NCBI GenBank assembly: GCA_017560565.1
Contig: JAFZET010000279.1
Location: forward strand, 1-41,652
DNA from: Clostridia bacterium
GTDB lineage: Bacteria > Bacillota > Clostridia > Oscillospirales > CAG-272
DNA: 41,652 nt
Direction of reading: 5' to 3'
Translations under genes and position numbers: made by a program
Shown: positions 1 to 8,756 of the stretch, piece by piece
How positions within the stretch are numbered: the stretch's first letter is position 1
Layout of the letters: each line of letters starts with the position of its first letter
The notes under the pieces: model-generated
What the model saw: the letters and a program-made list of their open reading frames with translations, nothing else
Database searches by the model: none
What the model was told of the DNA's origin: nothing

Positions 1-884
1 GTACCCATCATGTCGGTAACCAGAGCGCTGTCCTTGTAAGCGGCACGGTCAGCCAGAGAGAGTTCGCCGTCATAGAAGATACCGCCGGAGGGCAGGGACA
101 GATCGCCGGAATCATACTTGGTCAGCAGTCTGTAGGGGATTACATACTTATCCAGATGTTCTTCCAGTTCGGGATCCAGATAGTAGTAAGTAGAACGTTC
201 CAGACGGATGGTGTTGCCGGTAACGATTTCCTTGGGAACGAAAGGACCATTGGTTACAATAGAGGTGGTCTTTCTGGCCCAGGTCACACCGTAACGGGTG
301 ATAACGTCTTCACGCAGGGGCACCAGGGAAATAGAGGAGAGCTTTTCAAAGAAGCCGTCCAGATCGATCTTGGATTCAAATTCAATCTGAATGGTGTAGG
401 TATCAACAGCGGCAATACCGATGTCGTCAATGGAAGCGTCGCCCATCTTGGCAGCCTTGGCGTTCTTGATATCATACAGCAGAGATGCGCCTTCCCACTT
501 CTGGTCGGGATCCAGCAGTCTCTTCCAGGAGTAAATGAAGTCTGCAGCCTGAACGGTACGACCGTCGCTCCAGCGGGTCAGGTTCATGTTAATCAGAATG
601 GAGAACTTTTCACCGTCGTCCACTTCAACCTTATAATCCTTCATCAGAGCCTTTTCCCACTTGCCGTCTTCGTCGATGCGGGTCAGACCTTCGAACATCA
701 GGCTCATATATTTCAGCTGAGCATCGTCAGTCATACTGAGCTGGGGGTCAAAGTCAAATACTTCGGTGGCAAGATGCATATCAAGGATAGCACCCTTGTC
801 ATCTTCTACCAGAGTTGTGCAGCTCGCCAGCGTGGTCATCATCATCAGCGCAGCCAGAAGCAGGGATAACACCTTTGTTTTCAT
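1..884 (-). CDS. Family-5 (OppA/DppA-like peptide/nickel) ABC substrate-binding lipoprotein; N-terminal ~294 codons, runs off the left edge
   Basis: Absent from the ORF track because it has no stop in the window. My reverse translation from the ATG at 884 reads MKTKVLSLLLAALMMMTTLASC-TTLVEDDKGAILDMHLATEVFDFDPQLSMTDDAQLKYMSLMFEGLTRIDEDGKWEKALMKDYKV...RWSDGRTVQAADFIYSWKRLLDP. It has a signal peptide with lipobox LASC and AGGAGG at 897-902. The listed + ORF 156..869 is its antisense shadow. Confidence 0.8.
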   Translation of the reverse strand, partial: MKTKVLSLLLAALMMMTTLASCTTLVEDDKGAILDMHLATEVFDFDPQLSMTDDAQLKYMSLMFEGLTRIDEDGKWEKALMKDYKVEVDDGEKFSILINMNLTRWSDGRTVQAADFIYSWKRLLDPDQKWEGASLLYDIKNAKAAKMGDASIDDIGIAAVDTYTIQIEFESKIDLDGFFEKLSSISLVPLREDVITRYGVTWARKTTSIVTNGPFVPKEIVTGNTIRLERSTYYYLDPELEEHLDKYVIPYRLLTKYDSGDLSLPSGGIFYDGELSLADRAAYKDSALVTDMMG

Positions 885-949
885 GATTTGGTAATTCCTC
901 CTAACGGTAAATAAAGCGTAGTAGACTACGGGTCATTTTTACTCACCAC

Positions 950-978
950 ATTATACCACTTTTTCATCTGAGAATCAA
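950..978 (-). promoter_or_regulatory. Sigma-A-type promoter for the OppA-like gene
   Basis: Minus strand reads TTGATT (978-973), a 17-nt spacer, then TATAAT (955-950) preceded by TGg (extended -10). Confidence 0.6.
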
Positions 979-1196
979 CATCTTCTTATATGGTATTGTC
1001 AAGTTTCATCCACTTGCACAATTCCAGTCCCTGTTTTTGTACACTTTATCCATGAAAAATCCCTGTTTTTTGTGTTCCTCCCTGTACCGAAGCCTGTTTT
1101 CCTCTGTTTTTGTGCCCATCGATGCCAGAATGTTTCCCAAACAGCCATTGTCTGCGGATTTTTTCTGCTCTCCCGTGGCTGAAAAACGTCTGCGGC

Positions 1197-1206
1197 GGCA
1201 ATACTT
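1197..1206 (+). promoter_or_regulatory. Possible forespore (sigma-F/G-type) -10 element upstream of gpr
   Basis: GGCAATACTT lies 25 nt upstream of the gpr ATG and fits my recollection of the sigma-F -10 consensus GGnRAYAMTW. The -35 region (GGCTGA around 1177-1182) is only a weak match. gpr is forespore-expressed in Bacillus. Confidence 0.3.
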
Positions 1207-1230
1207 TACTGAAAAAAGGAGATGATTTTC

Positions 1231-1989
1231 ATGCAGTTTTCCAGCCGTGTCAGCGAGCTGTATACAGAATTTGCCCTTCCCGCAGACAAAGCCTGCGAAA
1301 CGGAATATACCATCGGCGGATGGAAAATAAAGCAGGCGGATCACCACACCGGACAGTACCACACCCTGTATGCCGGGGATATTCTGACCCTTTCCGCAGA
1401 GACACGGGCAAGCCTTATCCGAGCCGCCGCACATATTCTTTCCGGATATCTGGAAGGCGCTTCCTGCATTCTGGTCTGCGGTCTGGGCAACGGAAATCTG
1501 ACGGCAGACAGACTGGGCGTCAGCACCTGCCGGCATCTTACCATCCCGGGCTCCCTTCCCGGCGGCAGATCCCTGTATACCTTCTGTCCAGGTGTTTCCG
1601 CCGCCACAGGACTGCCCACAGATACCCTTGTTGCCATGACCGCCGAATGTATCCGTGCCGACCGGATCCTTGCCGTGGATGCGCTGTGTGCCCGGGGAGC
1701 CGCCAGTCTTTCCGCCGTCCTGCAGTACACCGACACCGGTCTGACCCCGGGCAGCGGCAGTATCGGCACATCTCACGCCGATCCGGATATACCGCCCGAG
1801 ATCTCCACCCGTACCATGCCCTGCCCCGTTGTTACCGCCGGCGTTCCCACTGTGATCCGCACCACTCTGCCCGAAGGCGGCGACAGACGGTATCTGGTCA
1901 CCACCGGACAAATAGACCGGGCTGTTGACTGCTGGAGCAGTGTTCTTGCCTCTGCCATCCTGCGCACCATACTTTCTCCGGGGAAATAA
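1231..1989 (+). CDS. gpr: Germination protease (GPR endopeptidase, peptidase A25), compact 252-aa form
   Basis: ILVCGLGNGNLTADRLG matches the GPR GLGNxxxTPDALGP motif. ILAVDALCARGAASLSAVLQYTDTGLTPGSGSIG matches AIDALAARS...IQISDTGIHPGSGVGN. Both catalytic Asp positions are retained, and the gene sits directly upstream of spoIIP as in Bacillus. AAGGAG at 1216-1221 favours the ATG at 1231 over the track start at 1222. Confidence 0.75.
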   Translation: MQFSSRVSELYTEFALPADKACETEYTIGGWKIKQADHHTGQYHTLYAGDILTLSAETRASLIRAAAHILSGYLEGASCILVCGLGNGNLTADRLGVSTCRHLTIPGSLPGGRSLYTFCPGVSAATGLPTDTLVAMTAECIRADRILAVDALCARGAASLSAVLQYTDTGLTPGSGSIGTSHADPDIPPEISTRTMPCPVVTAGVPTVIRTTLPEGGDRRYLVTTGQIDRAVDCWSSVLASAILRTILSPGK

Positions 1990-2066
1990 CCCGTCAAACC
2001 GGAATATTCCGCAGTCATCCGGCATAAGTATGCTTATACGAACTTGTCCCAGGAAGGATGCCGAAA

Positions 2067-3398
2067 ATGATGGATAAAAATACCGATACGACCACTGTTC
2101 TGCAGGACTGCCCCGACAGCCTCTCTGCCTATACCCTGTATCCGGATGCCGGCGATATTGCAGGGCTTGATACCCTTGCCGCCTTTCCGGACACGCCGCC
2201 GAAGCAGCCGGAGACCCCTTCCCGTTTCCCGCCCTCCCCGCTGCCCTTACGGGAGCTCCCTCCCGTCCATGCCGTACAGCATACAGCGCAGAGAACCGCT
2301 CCCCATCCTCCTTCCTCTGCCGCTCCCTCCGCCGCTCTGCCCCGCCGTCTGTTCCGTCTGCTCTGCGGCTTCTTCGTTCTGTCCGCTCTTGTTATTTACG
2401 GTGATCTTCTGCTGACCGGAGCTGCCACCCTGTTTTCGGAAGGAGCGGACAGGCTGGCACTGCAGAGTGTTTTCGGTACAGGCAATCAGGTAACGGTCAT
2501 TCCCATGGTCACAGAAACCGGGCAGATATCAAATCCGTCCGACACCCGTGAAACACAGACCACCGCACCGACTGACCGCCCGGAAGATGCCCCGCCCGCC
2601 AGCGAACTGCCCATCCCCACTCCCACCGCCGGAATCCGCAGCAGCGATCTGTCCACCGATGCCCCGGACGGACTGGGACTCATCAATGAAACGCCATACA
2701 CACCGGATCTTGCCGCACTGGCTGCCCGTGCTCCGGTGATCGACAGCTACGCCGCTCTGGAATCGGTATACGGCAGCAGCTGTCCTGCGGTTCTGATCCT
2801 CCACACCCACGGAACCGAAGCCTTTGCCGATCAGGCAGACGCCGGTTACCACACGGAAGACCGGAACAAAAACATCGTAGCCGTGGGGGACGCCCTTGCC
2901 GCCATACTGGAAAAGGCTGGGATCTCCGTCATCCACTGCCGGGAGCTGTTTGACGCCGACTCCTTCGATATGGCCTACTACAACGCCGCCCGGTACATCC
3001 GGCAGACACTGGAAGACTCCCCCTCCATCCGCTACATACTGGATATCCACCGGGACGCCATCACCGCCGCAGACGGCACCGGAATCCGTCCTCTGTCTGT
3101 CCATGACGGCACAGAATACGCACAGCTGATGTTTGTGGTGGGAACCGACCACGGCGGCAGCGGTCACGCAGACTGGGAAACCAACCTCGCCCTTGCCGCC
3201 AGACTCCAGTCCGCCCTGCACAACGAAAACCCCACCCTCATGCGGGACATCAACCTCCGTTCCGCCTCCTTCAATGCACAGTACGCCCCTGGCGCACTGC
3301 TGGTGGAAGCGGGAGCCGCCGCATCCTCACTGGAGGAAGCGATCCGCTCCATTGAGGTCTTCGGCAAGGCACTGGCAGAAGAGATTCTGGGGAAATAA
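2067..3398 (+). CDS. spoIIP: Stage II sporulation protein P (SpoIIP amidase/peptidase) with a long Pro-rich N-terminal extension
   Basis: The C-terminal domain reads VLILHTHGTEAF...YILDIHRDA...MFVVGTDHGG...NLALAARLQSAL...INLRSASFNAQYAPGALLVEAGAAASSLEEA, the SpoIIP family pattern. One TM segment (LFRLLCGFFVLSALVIYGDLLL) is present. AGGAAGG at 2051-2057 abuts the track ATG at 2058, so the ATG at 2067 is more likely. Confidence 0.85.
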   Translation: MMDKNTDTTTVLQDCPDSLSAYTLYPDAGDIAGLDTLAAFPDTPPKQPETPSRFPPSPLPLRELPPVHAVQHTAQRTAPHPPSSAAPSAALPRRLFRLLCGFFVLSALVIYGDLLLTGAATLFSEGADRLALQSVFGTGNQVTVIPMVTETGQISNPSDTRETQTTAPTDRPEDAPPASELPIPTPTAGIRSSDLSTDAPDGLGLINETPYTPDLAALAARAPVIDSYAALESVYGSSCPAVLILHTHGTEAFADQADAGYHTEDRNKNIVAVGDALAAILEKAGISVIHCRELFDADSFDMAYYNAARYIRQTLEDSPSIRYILDIHRDAITAADGTGIRPLSVHDGTEYAQLMFVVGTDHGGSGHADWETNLALAARLQSALHNENPTLMRDINLRSASFNAQYAPGALLVEAGAAASSLEEAIRSIEVFGKALAEEILGK

Positions 3399-3440
3399 AA
3401 AACAGGAGAGTACAGCATTTCCGCCATACTCTCCTGTTTG
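3397..3440. terminator. Bidirectional intrinsic terminator between spoIIP and the convergent lipoprotein gene
   Basis: An 11-bp perfect stem, ACAGGAGAGTA (3402-3412) with TACTCTCCTGT (3427-3437), has an A-run upstream and TTT downstream. Confidence 0.8.
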
Positions 3441-3442
3441 CG

Positions 3443-4450
3443 TCAATAGTTCATCAGGTCTTCGATCAGTACATGATATACAGTCTCATCCTCCGGATCC
3501 GCATAGTACAATCCCTTCCCCAGAAAAAACGGTTCGTTCCCCGGTGCTTCGCATATCCATTCCACATAGTCTCCGGAGCTTTCCCATTTGAACACATCCG
3601 CTCCGGTGACAAAATAGAAATCCCGGTTGTATTCCCCGATCACATAGTCCGGACGGATGCGGATATCGTTCCAGACCAGCGGGATCTCCTCACAGGGAGC
3701 AGAGTCATCCGCAGTCCCTTTCCAGAGAATCTTCTCATCGCTCTTCCAGTTGCTTGTCACATACAGAAGACCGCCGCTGCCGTCCAGAAATACCCCGGAC
3801 AGTGTCCGGTACTTCTCCTCTGTCACAAAGGATACATCCAGTTCTGTGGCCTCTCCGGTTTCCAGATGAATCCTCCATGCCCGGGCAGGCCATATCTGAT
3901 ACAGATACGTGCCGTCGCAAACCGGCAAGCCGGGTCTCTCAAACCCATAAAACCGCTTTTCCCCGGTGGTCAGGTCGTAACTGCAGGTTCCCAGCATATG
4001 CTGATACACATACAGCCTGCCCTGCAGGATCATATGCTGATTCCCAGACCACAGCCACAATTCCGTATCGGTTTCCGGATACACATCCTCAAGCACCCGG
4101 AAGGTTTCCGCCGTCAGATCGTATTCCACAAACCTGTATCCGTTGGCACTGTCGCAGAAATACAGCTTCCCCTCCTGCCAGTATACATTGTCGTAAACCG
4201 CTACCGGCTCACCGCCTTCCAGAAGCAGCGTTTTTTCGCCGTCCGCAAGGGTGTACAGATCCCCGTCCTCACAGAAATACAGGGTTCCCCCGTCATCTGC
4301 CGCGTACCGGTACCACCATGTGATCCCGGACGGTGCCGCCGGCCAGTACCGGTTGTATCCGTTGTGATACACATACGGTTCGATCCGTGCACAGCCGGTC
4401 AGCAGGAGCAGCAGGGAAAAAAGCAGAACCATCCGTTTTTTCATAGGCAT
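3443..4450 (-). CDS. Lipoprotein with repeated beta-propeller-like blades (DUF5050-like); function unknown
   Basis: The N-terminus MPMKKRMVLLFSLLLLLTGC carries a lipobox LTGC. Aromatic motifs recur (GTLYFCEDG, GKLYFCDS, GRLYVYQ, GTYLYQI, GLLYVTS, DFYFVTG, GLYYADP). The start lies 14 nt downstream of the HAD gene stop, so the two are probably co-transcribed. Confidence 0.6.
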   Translation of the reverse strand: MPMKKRMVLLFSLLLLLTGCARIEPYVYHNGYNRYWPAAPSGITWWYRYAADDGGTLYFCEDGDLYTLADGEKTLLLEGGEPVAVYDNVYWQEGKLYFCDSANGYRFVEYDLTAETFRVLEDVYPETDTELWLWSGNQHMILQGRLYVYQHMLGTCSYDLTTGEKRFYGFERPGLPVCDGTYLYQIWPARAWRIHLETGEATELDVSFVTEEKYRTLSGVFLDGSGGLLYVTSNWKSDEKILWKGTADDSAPCEEIPLVWNDIRIRPDYVIGEYNRDFYFVTGADVFKWESSGDYVEWICEAPGNEPFFLGKGLYYADPEDETVYHVLIEDLMNY

Positions 4451-4463
4451 CCCAAAGATCTTG

Positions 4464-5309
4464 TCAGCAGCAGCCTCCGAAAATCACAGCATCCACTTCT
4501 GCCAGCGAATCAAACAGCAGATCCGGCTTGTCTTCATCCGCTGCCGCCTCCACATCCGCTTCCTTTGTCTCCCCGGTCAGCACCAGACAGGAGAGAATTC
4601 CGTGCCGTCTGCCGGTGGCGATATCCGTGTACAGCCGGTCACCGAAAATGCACATCTCACTCCGGTCAAGACCGGTGATCTCTTCGATCATGTCCACGGT
4701 TTCCGGATAGGGCTTGCCGAAGTACACCGGCTCCACTCCGGTAGACGCCGTTACAAACGCCGCAATGGCACCGCTGTCGGGAATAAAGCCCGTTTCCGTG
4801 GGGCAGTTGTAGTCCGGATGGGTGGACAGATATTCCGCACCGTACCGCACAAAGTCACAGGTCACGGTCATTTTTTCATAATCCAGCGTGGTGTCAAAAC
4901 TGGTGACAACAATATCCGCCTTCTCCCCGGTAGGTCTGCCGCTACGGTCACACACCAGCTCCACACCGCCCTCGGTCATCTGATCCCAAAGTTCCGGTGT
5001 GCCCAGCAGATATACCTTCTTTCCGGCTCTCTTCCGGGCCAGGAAAGCCGTGGTCACGTTCCCGGAAGTGCAGATCTCCTCCGCCGTGGGTTCGTATCCC
5101 AATCTTGTCAGCTTGTCCAGATAGAATTTCGGATTGTGGGAAGCGTTGTTGGTAAAGAACATCACTTTATTCCCGGCTGCCCGGAGCTTTTTGATAAAAT
5201 CAATGGCAAAGGGGAACGGCTGTCCCCCCAGATAGATGGTGCCGTCCATATCAAAAATATACAGCTTTTTTCCGGCCATTCTGCCGCCGGCATCGGTATT
5301 CTTTGTCAT
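4464..5309 (-). CDS. HAD-superfamily subfamily IIA phosphatase (NagD/PNPPase-like)
   Basis: HAD motifs are present: I FDMDGT, II FFTNNAS, III FGKPYP, IV FGDRLYTDI. GGAGGAG at 5313-5319 supports the ATG at 5309 (MTKNTD...) rather than the track start at 5384. Confidence 0.85.
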   Translation of the reverse strand: MTKNTDAGGRMAGKKLYIFDMDGTIYLGGQPFPFAIDFIKKLRAAGNKVMFFTNNASHNPKFYLDKLTRLGYEPTAEEICTSGNVTTAFLARKRAGKKVYLLGTPELWDQMTEGGVELVCDRSGRPTGEKADIVVTSFDTTLDYEKMTVTCDFVRYGAEYLSTHPDYNCPTETGFIPDSGAIAAFVTASTGVEPVYFGKPYPETVDMIEEITGLDRSEMCIFGDRLYTDIATGRRHGILSCLVLTGETKEADVEAAADEDKPDLLFDSLAEVDAVIFGGCC

Positions 5310-5372
5310 ATACTCCTCCCGCAGAACCGGCTCTGCCCTCTGGTGTTTTCCCCAGTGGATTTGTACCGGGTC

Positions 5373-5401
5373 TTGCTTTTTCATATCGTTTGTGGTATAC
5401 T
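5373..5401 (+). promoter_or_regulatory. Sigma-A-type promoter for coaW
   Basis: TTGCTT (5373-5378), a 17-nt spacer, then TATACT (5396-5401) with TGg extended -10. Confidence 0.55.
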
Positions 5402-5440
5402 AAGAAAAACTCGGTTTTTCTCGAAAGGTTACATATAGTT

Positions 5441-6292
5441 ATGGCAACAGGTATCGTCATCGGTATCGACGTCGGCGGGAGCACCACCAAAATCGTCGGC
5501 TTCGGTCAGAAAAACGGAACATGGGAACTGATCGCCCCACTGTTCGTCAAGGCAACCGACCCCATCACCTCCATCTACGGTGCATTCGGCAAGTTCCTGG
5601 TCTCCAACGACCTGAACCTGTCCGACATCGAAAAGGTCATGATCACCGGTGTGGGTTCCACCTATATCACAAAGCCCATCTACGACCTGCCCTTTGAACG
5701 GATCGAAGAATTCCGCTCCAACGGTCTGGGCGGTCTGTATCTGTCCGGGCTTGACAAAGCCATTATCACAAGCTGCGGCACCGGTACAGCACTGGTCTAC
5801 GCCACCCGTGATACCGAACCCCAGTATCTGGGCGGTACAGGGGTAGGCGGCGGTACCCTCATGGGTCTGTCCAAAAAAATGCTGGGACTGGAAAACATCC
5901 AGCACATCGAAAAGATGGCGGAAAACGGGTTCCTGTCCAACATTGACCTGAAAATCAAGGATATTTCCCGCAATGACATCGTTCCCGGCTTCGGTGACAC
6001 CATGACCGCCTCCAACTTCGGCAAGCTCAGTGACATGGCTACCAAGAACGACATCGCCAAGGGTCTGCTCAATATGGTTTTTGAAACCATCGGCATGATG
6101 TCCATTTTCGCCGCCCGGAACTATAATATCAAGGATGTGGTTCTCACCGGCAATCTATCCAGCGTTGCCTATGCGGCAGAAGTGTTCGACACCCTGAACA
6201 AAATGTTCGATATGCGCTTCCAGATCCCGGAAAACTCCCGCTTTGGTACTGTGATCGGCGCAGCACTGGCAGGCACGGGTATGCCCCGGTAA
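5441..6292 (+). CDS. coaW: Type II pantothenate kinase
   Basis: MATGIVIGIDVGGSTTKIVGF is an ASKHA phosphate-1 motif. SCGTGTALV and YLGGTGVGGGTLMGLSKKML are typical of PanK-II/fumble-type kinases. At 283 aa the size fits. The track ORF start at 5303 is an upstream extension. Confidence 0.7.
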   Translation: MATGIVIGIDVGGSTTKIVGFGQKNGTWELIAPLFVKATDPITSIYGAFGKFLVSNDLNLSDIEKVMITGVGSTYITKPIYDLPFERIEEFRSNGLGGLYLSGLDKAIITSCGTGTALVYATRDTEPQYLGGTGVGGGTLMGLSKKMLGLENIQHIEKMAENGFLSNIDLKIKDISRNDIVPGFGDTMTASNFGKLSDMATKNDIAKGLLNMVFETIGMMSIFAARNYNIKDVVLTGNLSSVAYAAEVFDTLNKMFDMRFQIPENSRFGTVIGAALAGTGMPR

Positions 6293-6314
6293 ATGCGGTT
6301 CACAGGTAAGAATC

Positions 6315-6362
6315 AGGTGCAAAACGATCCCCCGCAGGGTAAGATCGGTCTGCACCTTTTTT
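6315..6362 (+). terminator. Intrinsic terminator after coaW
   Basis: AGGTGCA (6315-6321) pairs with TGCACCT (6351-6357), with further inner pairing (ACGATC/GATCGgT, CCC/GGG). A T-run follows to 6362. Confidence 0.7.
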
Positions 6363-6367
6363 CATGG

Positions 6368-6793
6368 TTATTCACCCTGTCCGGGGGCTTTGATCTGACA
6401 ATCTGCGGAAAGCATGGCACCGTACTGCGCCCACAACTTCAGCCAGACCGCATCCGCATACCCTGCCGGCACCAGGATTCCCAGACGGATATCACTGACC
6501 GACAGTGCCGCTGCGGGACAGTCCTCCAGCAGGGCATAGATCTGCGGAGCAAGGCTGTGCAGCCCGATTCCGTCGAAGAGGATCCGGCTGTATCCCCATT
6601 CCGCCGCAGGCCGCAGGGGCGCATAGATCTGTCTGGCTTCCGGCAGATCCTCCGCTGCTACTGCCGCTGTCCCCTCTGCGCCGTGCCAGACACACATCTC
6701 ACCGAAAGGGATAAAGCACTCCTTCCCCTCCGTGCGGAAGCGGAGCAGTACCAGATTGTCCCGTCTGGTTATGGCTTCTAATATAAACTGCAT
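6368..6793 (-). CDS. Small ACT-like (ACT_7-type) domain protein, uncertain
   Basis: The 141-aa ORF sits downstream of hom on the same strand. WGYSRILFDGIGLHSLAPQIYALLEDCPAAALSVSDIRLGILVPAGYADAVWLKL resembles the ACT_7 pattern (G..G....L....i...S....D.ilV). The opposite-strand ORF 6293..6781 looks like a shadow. Confidence 0.4.
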   Translation of the reverse strand: MQFILEAITRRDNLVLLRFRTEGKECFIPFGEMCVWHGAEGTAAVAAEDLPEARQIYAPLRPAAEWGYSRILFDGIGLHSLAPQIYALLEDCPAAALSVSDIRLGILVPAGYADAVWLKLWAQYGAMLSADCQIKAPGQGE

Positions 6794-6884
6794 TTTTTCA
6801 TTTCCCGGCTCACCGGACCGCCTCCCCTGTCAGTATATGCAGGCGGACTGCCCCGTGCCGGGAATTTTCCTTTGCTGAACTGAT

Positions 6885-8084
6885 TTAATCGAGGATCCGG
6901 ATCACGGAAACAGGCTTCACACCGAGCTTGTCCCAGAGCTGTTCCAGTGCCTTTTTGCCCATTTTACCGACCACAAACTCTTTTTCATCGAGCTTTTTCA
7001 CCGTATCCGCCAGAGAAGCAAGCACCTCTTCGTCTACAGTATCCGCAAAACGAACATAATAATCGAACCAGATCTCATCAAAATCTATAACACCTTCGCT
7101 GGTCACGGTAAATACAGGCCGTTTTTCCTTCATGGCAGCACCGGACAGCACCGCACATACATCTGCTGCAACAGCGGAAGCGGTGGGGAATCTGCCCGCA
7201 CCTCTGCCGTAATACAGTACATCCCCCAGAAGCGGTGTGGTAACAGCAATACCGTTGTACACATCGTCAATATGGGAAAGCTGGCAGGCATCCGGCACGA
7301 TACGAGGTGCCACAAACAGAGCCGCTTCCTTATCGGAAATCCGTGCGGAACCGATGAGCTTCACAGCCCCGCCGCACTTTTTCGCACCTGCCATATCTTC
7401 GGCAGTAATGGTACGCATGGTTTCCGCATATACCTTTTCAGCGGGAATCAGCTTACCGGATGCCAGTGCAGTCAGGATGATGATCTTTCTCTGGGCGTCA
7501 ATACCGTCCACATCGGCAGAAGGATCTCTTTCCGCATACCCCAGCTTCTGGGCATCCGCCAGAACCTCGGCATAGTCACTGCCTTCGTCCCGCATCCGGG
7601 TCAGAATATAGTTGGTGGTACCGTTGAGGATCCCGTCAATCCGACAGATATTGTCGCCGGCAAGGGAAGTCAGCATACTGCGGATCACAGGGATCCCGCC
7701 GCCCACGCTGGCTTCAAAGAGATAGTTCACCCCATGTTCCGCGGCACAGGCAAGCATACGATCCCCGAAGTTTGCCACCACTTCCTTGTTGGAAGTCACA
7801 ACACTCTTTCCGGCAGACAGCAGCTGCATGGTGTATTCCAGTGCAGGATGGGAACCGCCCATGGTTTCACAGACCAGGGCTACATCCGGGTCATTCACAA
7901 TGGGATCAATGGTATGCACCACCCTGTCCCCCCAGGGAGAATCCGGGAAATCCCGCAGATCCAGAATGTACTTCAGCTCCACTGTATCGCCCACAGCCGC
8001 CGTAATGGCTGCATGATTTTCCTCCAGTACAGCAGCAATCCCGCCGCCGACCACACCAAAACCGATAATGGCAATATACTTCAT
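6885..8084 (-). CDS. hom: Homoserine dehydrogenase
   Basis: MKYIAIIGFGVVGGGIAAVLEEN is a Rossmann GxGxxG motif. Also present are VVTSNKEVVA, GGGIPVIRS, ILNGTTNYIL, LGYAERDPSADVDGIDAQRKI and a C-terminal ACT-like tail. The track start at 8099 is a TTG. The ATG at 8084 follows GAGG. Confidence 0.9.
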   Translation of the reverse strand: MKYIAIIGFGVVGGGIAAVLEENHAAITAAVGDTVELKYILDLRDFPDSPWGDRVVHTIDPIVNDPDVALVCETMGGSHPALEYTMQLLSAGKSVVTSNKEVVANFGDRMLACAAEHGVNYLFEASVGGGIPVIRSMLTSLAGDNICRIDGILNGTTNYILTRMRDEGSDYAEVLADAQKLGYAERDPSADVDGIDAQRKIIILTALASGKLIPAEKVYAETMRTITAEDMAGAKKCGGAVKLIGSARISDKEAALFVAPRIVPDACQLSHIDDVYNGIAVTTPLLGDVLYYGRGAGRFPTASAVAADVCAVLSGAAMKEKRPVFTVTSEGVIDFDEIWFDYYVRFADTVDEEVLASLADTVKKLDEKEFVVGKMGKKALEQLWDKLGVKPVSVIRILD

Positions 8085-8114
8085 ATCCTCAAACCTCAAT
8101 TCAGGTATTTTTTC

Positions 8115-8567
8115 TCATTCGTTTTCCGGTACTGCCGCTTCTGCTTCGTCATACAGCCCCATACCGGCAAATCCGATGCCGCACAGCTCCTTCAGCCTCT
8201 GCCTGTCCCCGGAAAGCCACAGATACCCGAACAGGGCTTCCAGTCCCGTAGCTCTGCGGTATTCCGACATACTGCAGCTTTTCGGCGGCATATTGTGCAC
8301 GCAGTTCCGTCCTCTGTGATAAATATCGTTTTCCTTTTCCGTAAAACAGGGCAGGATCTTTTCCAGCACCCGGCACTGGGCAGAAGCCGTTACATACTGC
8401 AGAGACGCCACGCTGGGCTTCTGTACCCCCGCCAGCACCAGTGCCGTACGCACTTCGATCTCATAAACCGCATCGCCCAGATAGGCAAGTGCCGCCGCCG
8501 GCATCTGAAAAGGATCTTTTCCTTCCATCATTGCATCCATCATTCTGTTCTTCTCCGCGTCATTCAT
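8115..8567 (-). CDS. mrnC: Mini-ribonuclease III
   Basis: PAAALAYLGDAVYEIEVRT...YVTASAQCRVL...YHRGRN...PPKSCSMSEYRRATGLEALFGYLWL is the Mini-III signature. The likely start is MNDAEKN at 8567. The track ORF is extended to 8663 through the promoter region. Confidence 0.85.
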   Translation of the reverse strand: MNDAEKNRMMDAMMEGKDPFQMPAAALAYLGDAVYEIEVRTALVLAGVQKPSVASLQYVTASAQCRVLEKILPCFTEKENDIYHRGRNCVHNMPPKSCSMSEYRRATGLEALFGYLWLSGDRQRLKELCGIGFAGMGLYDEAEAAVPENE

Positions 8568-8633
8568 TGTACCGTCCGGAAACGGCCCACCGCGCTCCGA
8601 AGACAAAAACCGGAAATGCACGGATACGGAAAT

Positions 8634-8662
8634 AGTATACCACACTTTTTTCCGTTTGTACA
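8634..8662 (-). promoter_or_regulatory. Sigma-A-type promoter for mrnC-hom-ACT
   Basis: Minus strand reads TGTACA (8662-8657), a 17-nt spacer, then TATACT (8639-8634) with TGg extended -10. Confidence 0.55.
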
Positions 8663-8756
8663 TCCCCGGTTTGCCGAAAATGATGATTTTATGCTAATTT
8701 TTTCCGCTTTCCGCAGAGAAAGGCACCCTCTTTTCCGGAGAAATCCCCCTCACCGC

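Noticed and set aside
156-869. A 237-aa + ORF at the left edge.
   Set aside because: It is antisense to the OppA-like lipoprotein gene, which has a clear signal peptide, lipobox, RBS and family motifs. The gene is missing from the track only because it lacks a stop in the window.
1006-2025. A 339-aa minus ORF and several other frames overlapping gpr.
   Set aside because: The translations are Gly/Arg/Cys-rich nonsense. The + frame carries the GPR motifs and an AAGGAG RBS.
2146-2415. Pro-rich alternative-frame ORFs in the 5' part of spoIIP.
   Set aside because: They are frame-shifted shadows of the Pro/Ser-rich N-terminal extension. The main frame continues uninterrupted into the conserved SpoIIP domain.
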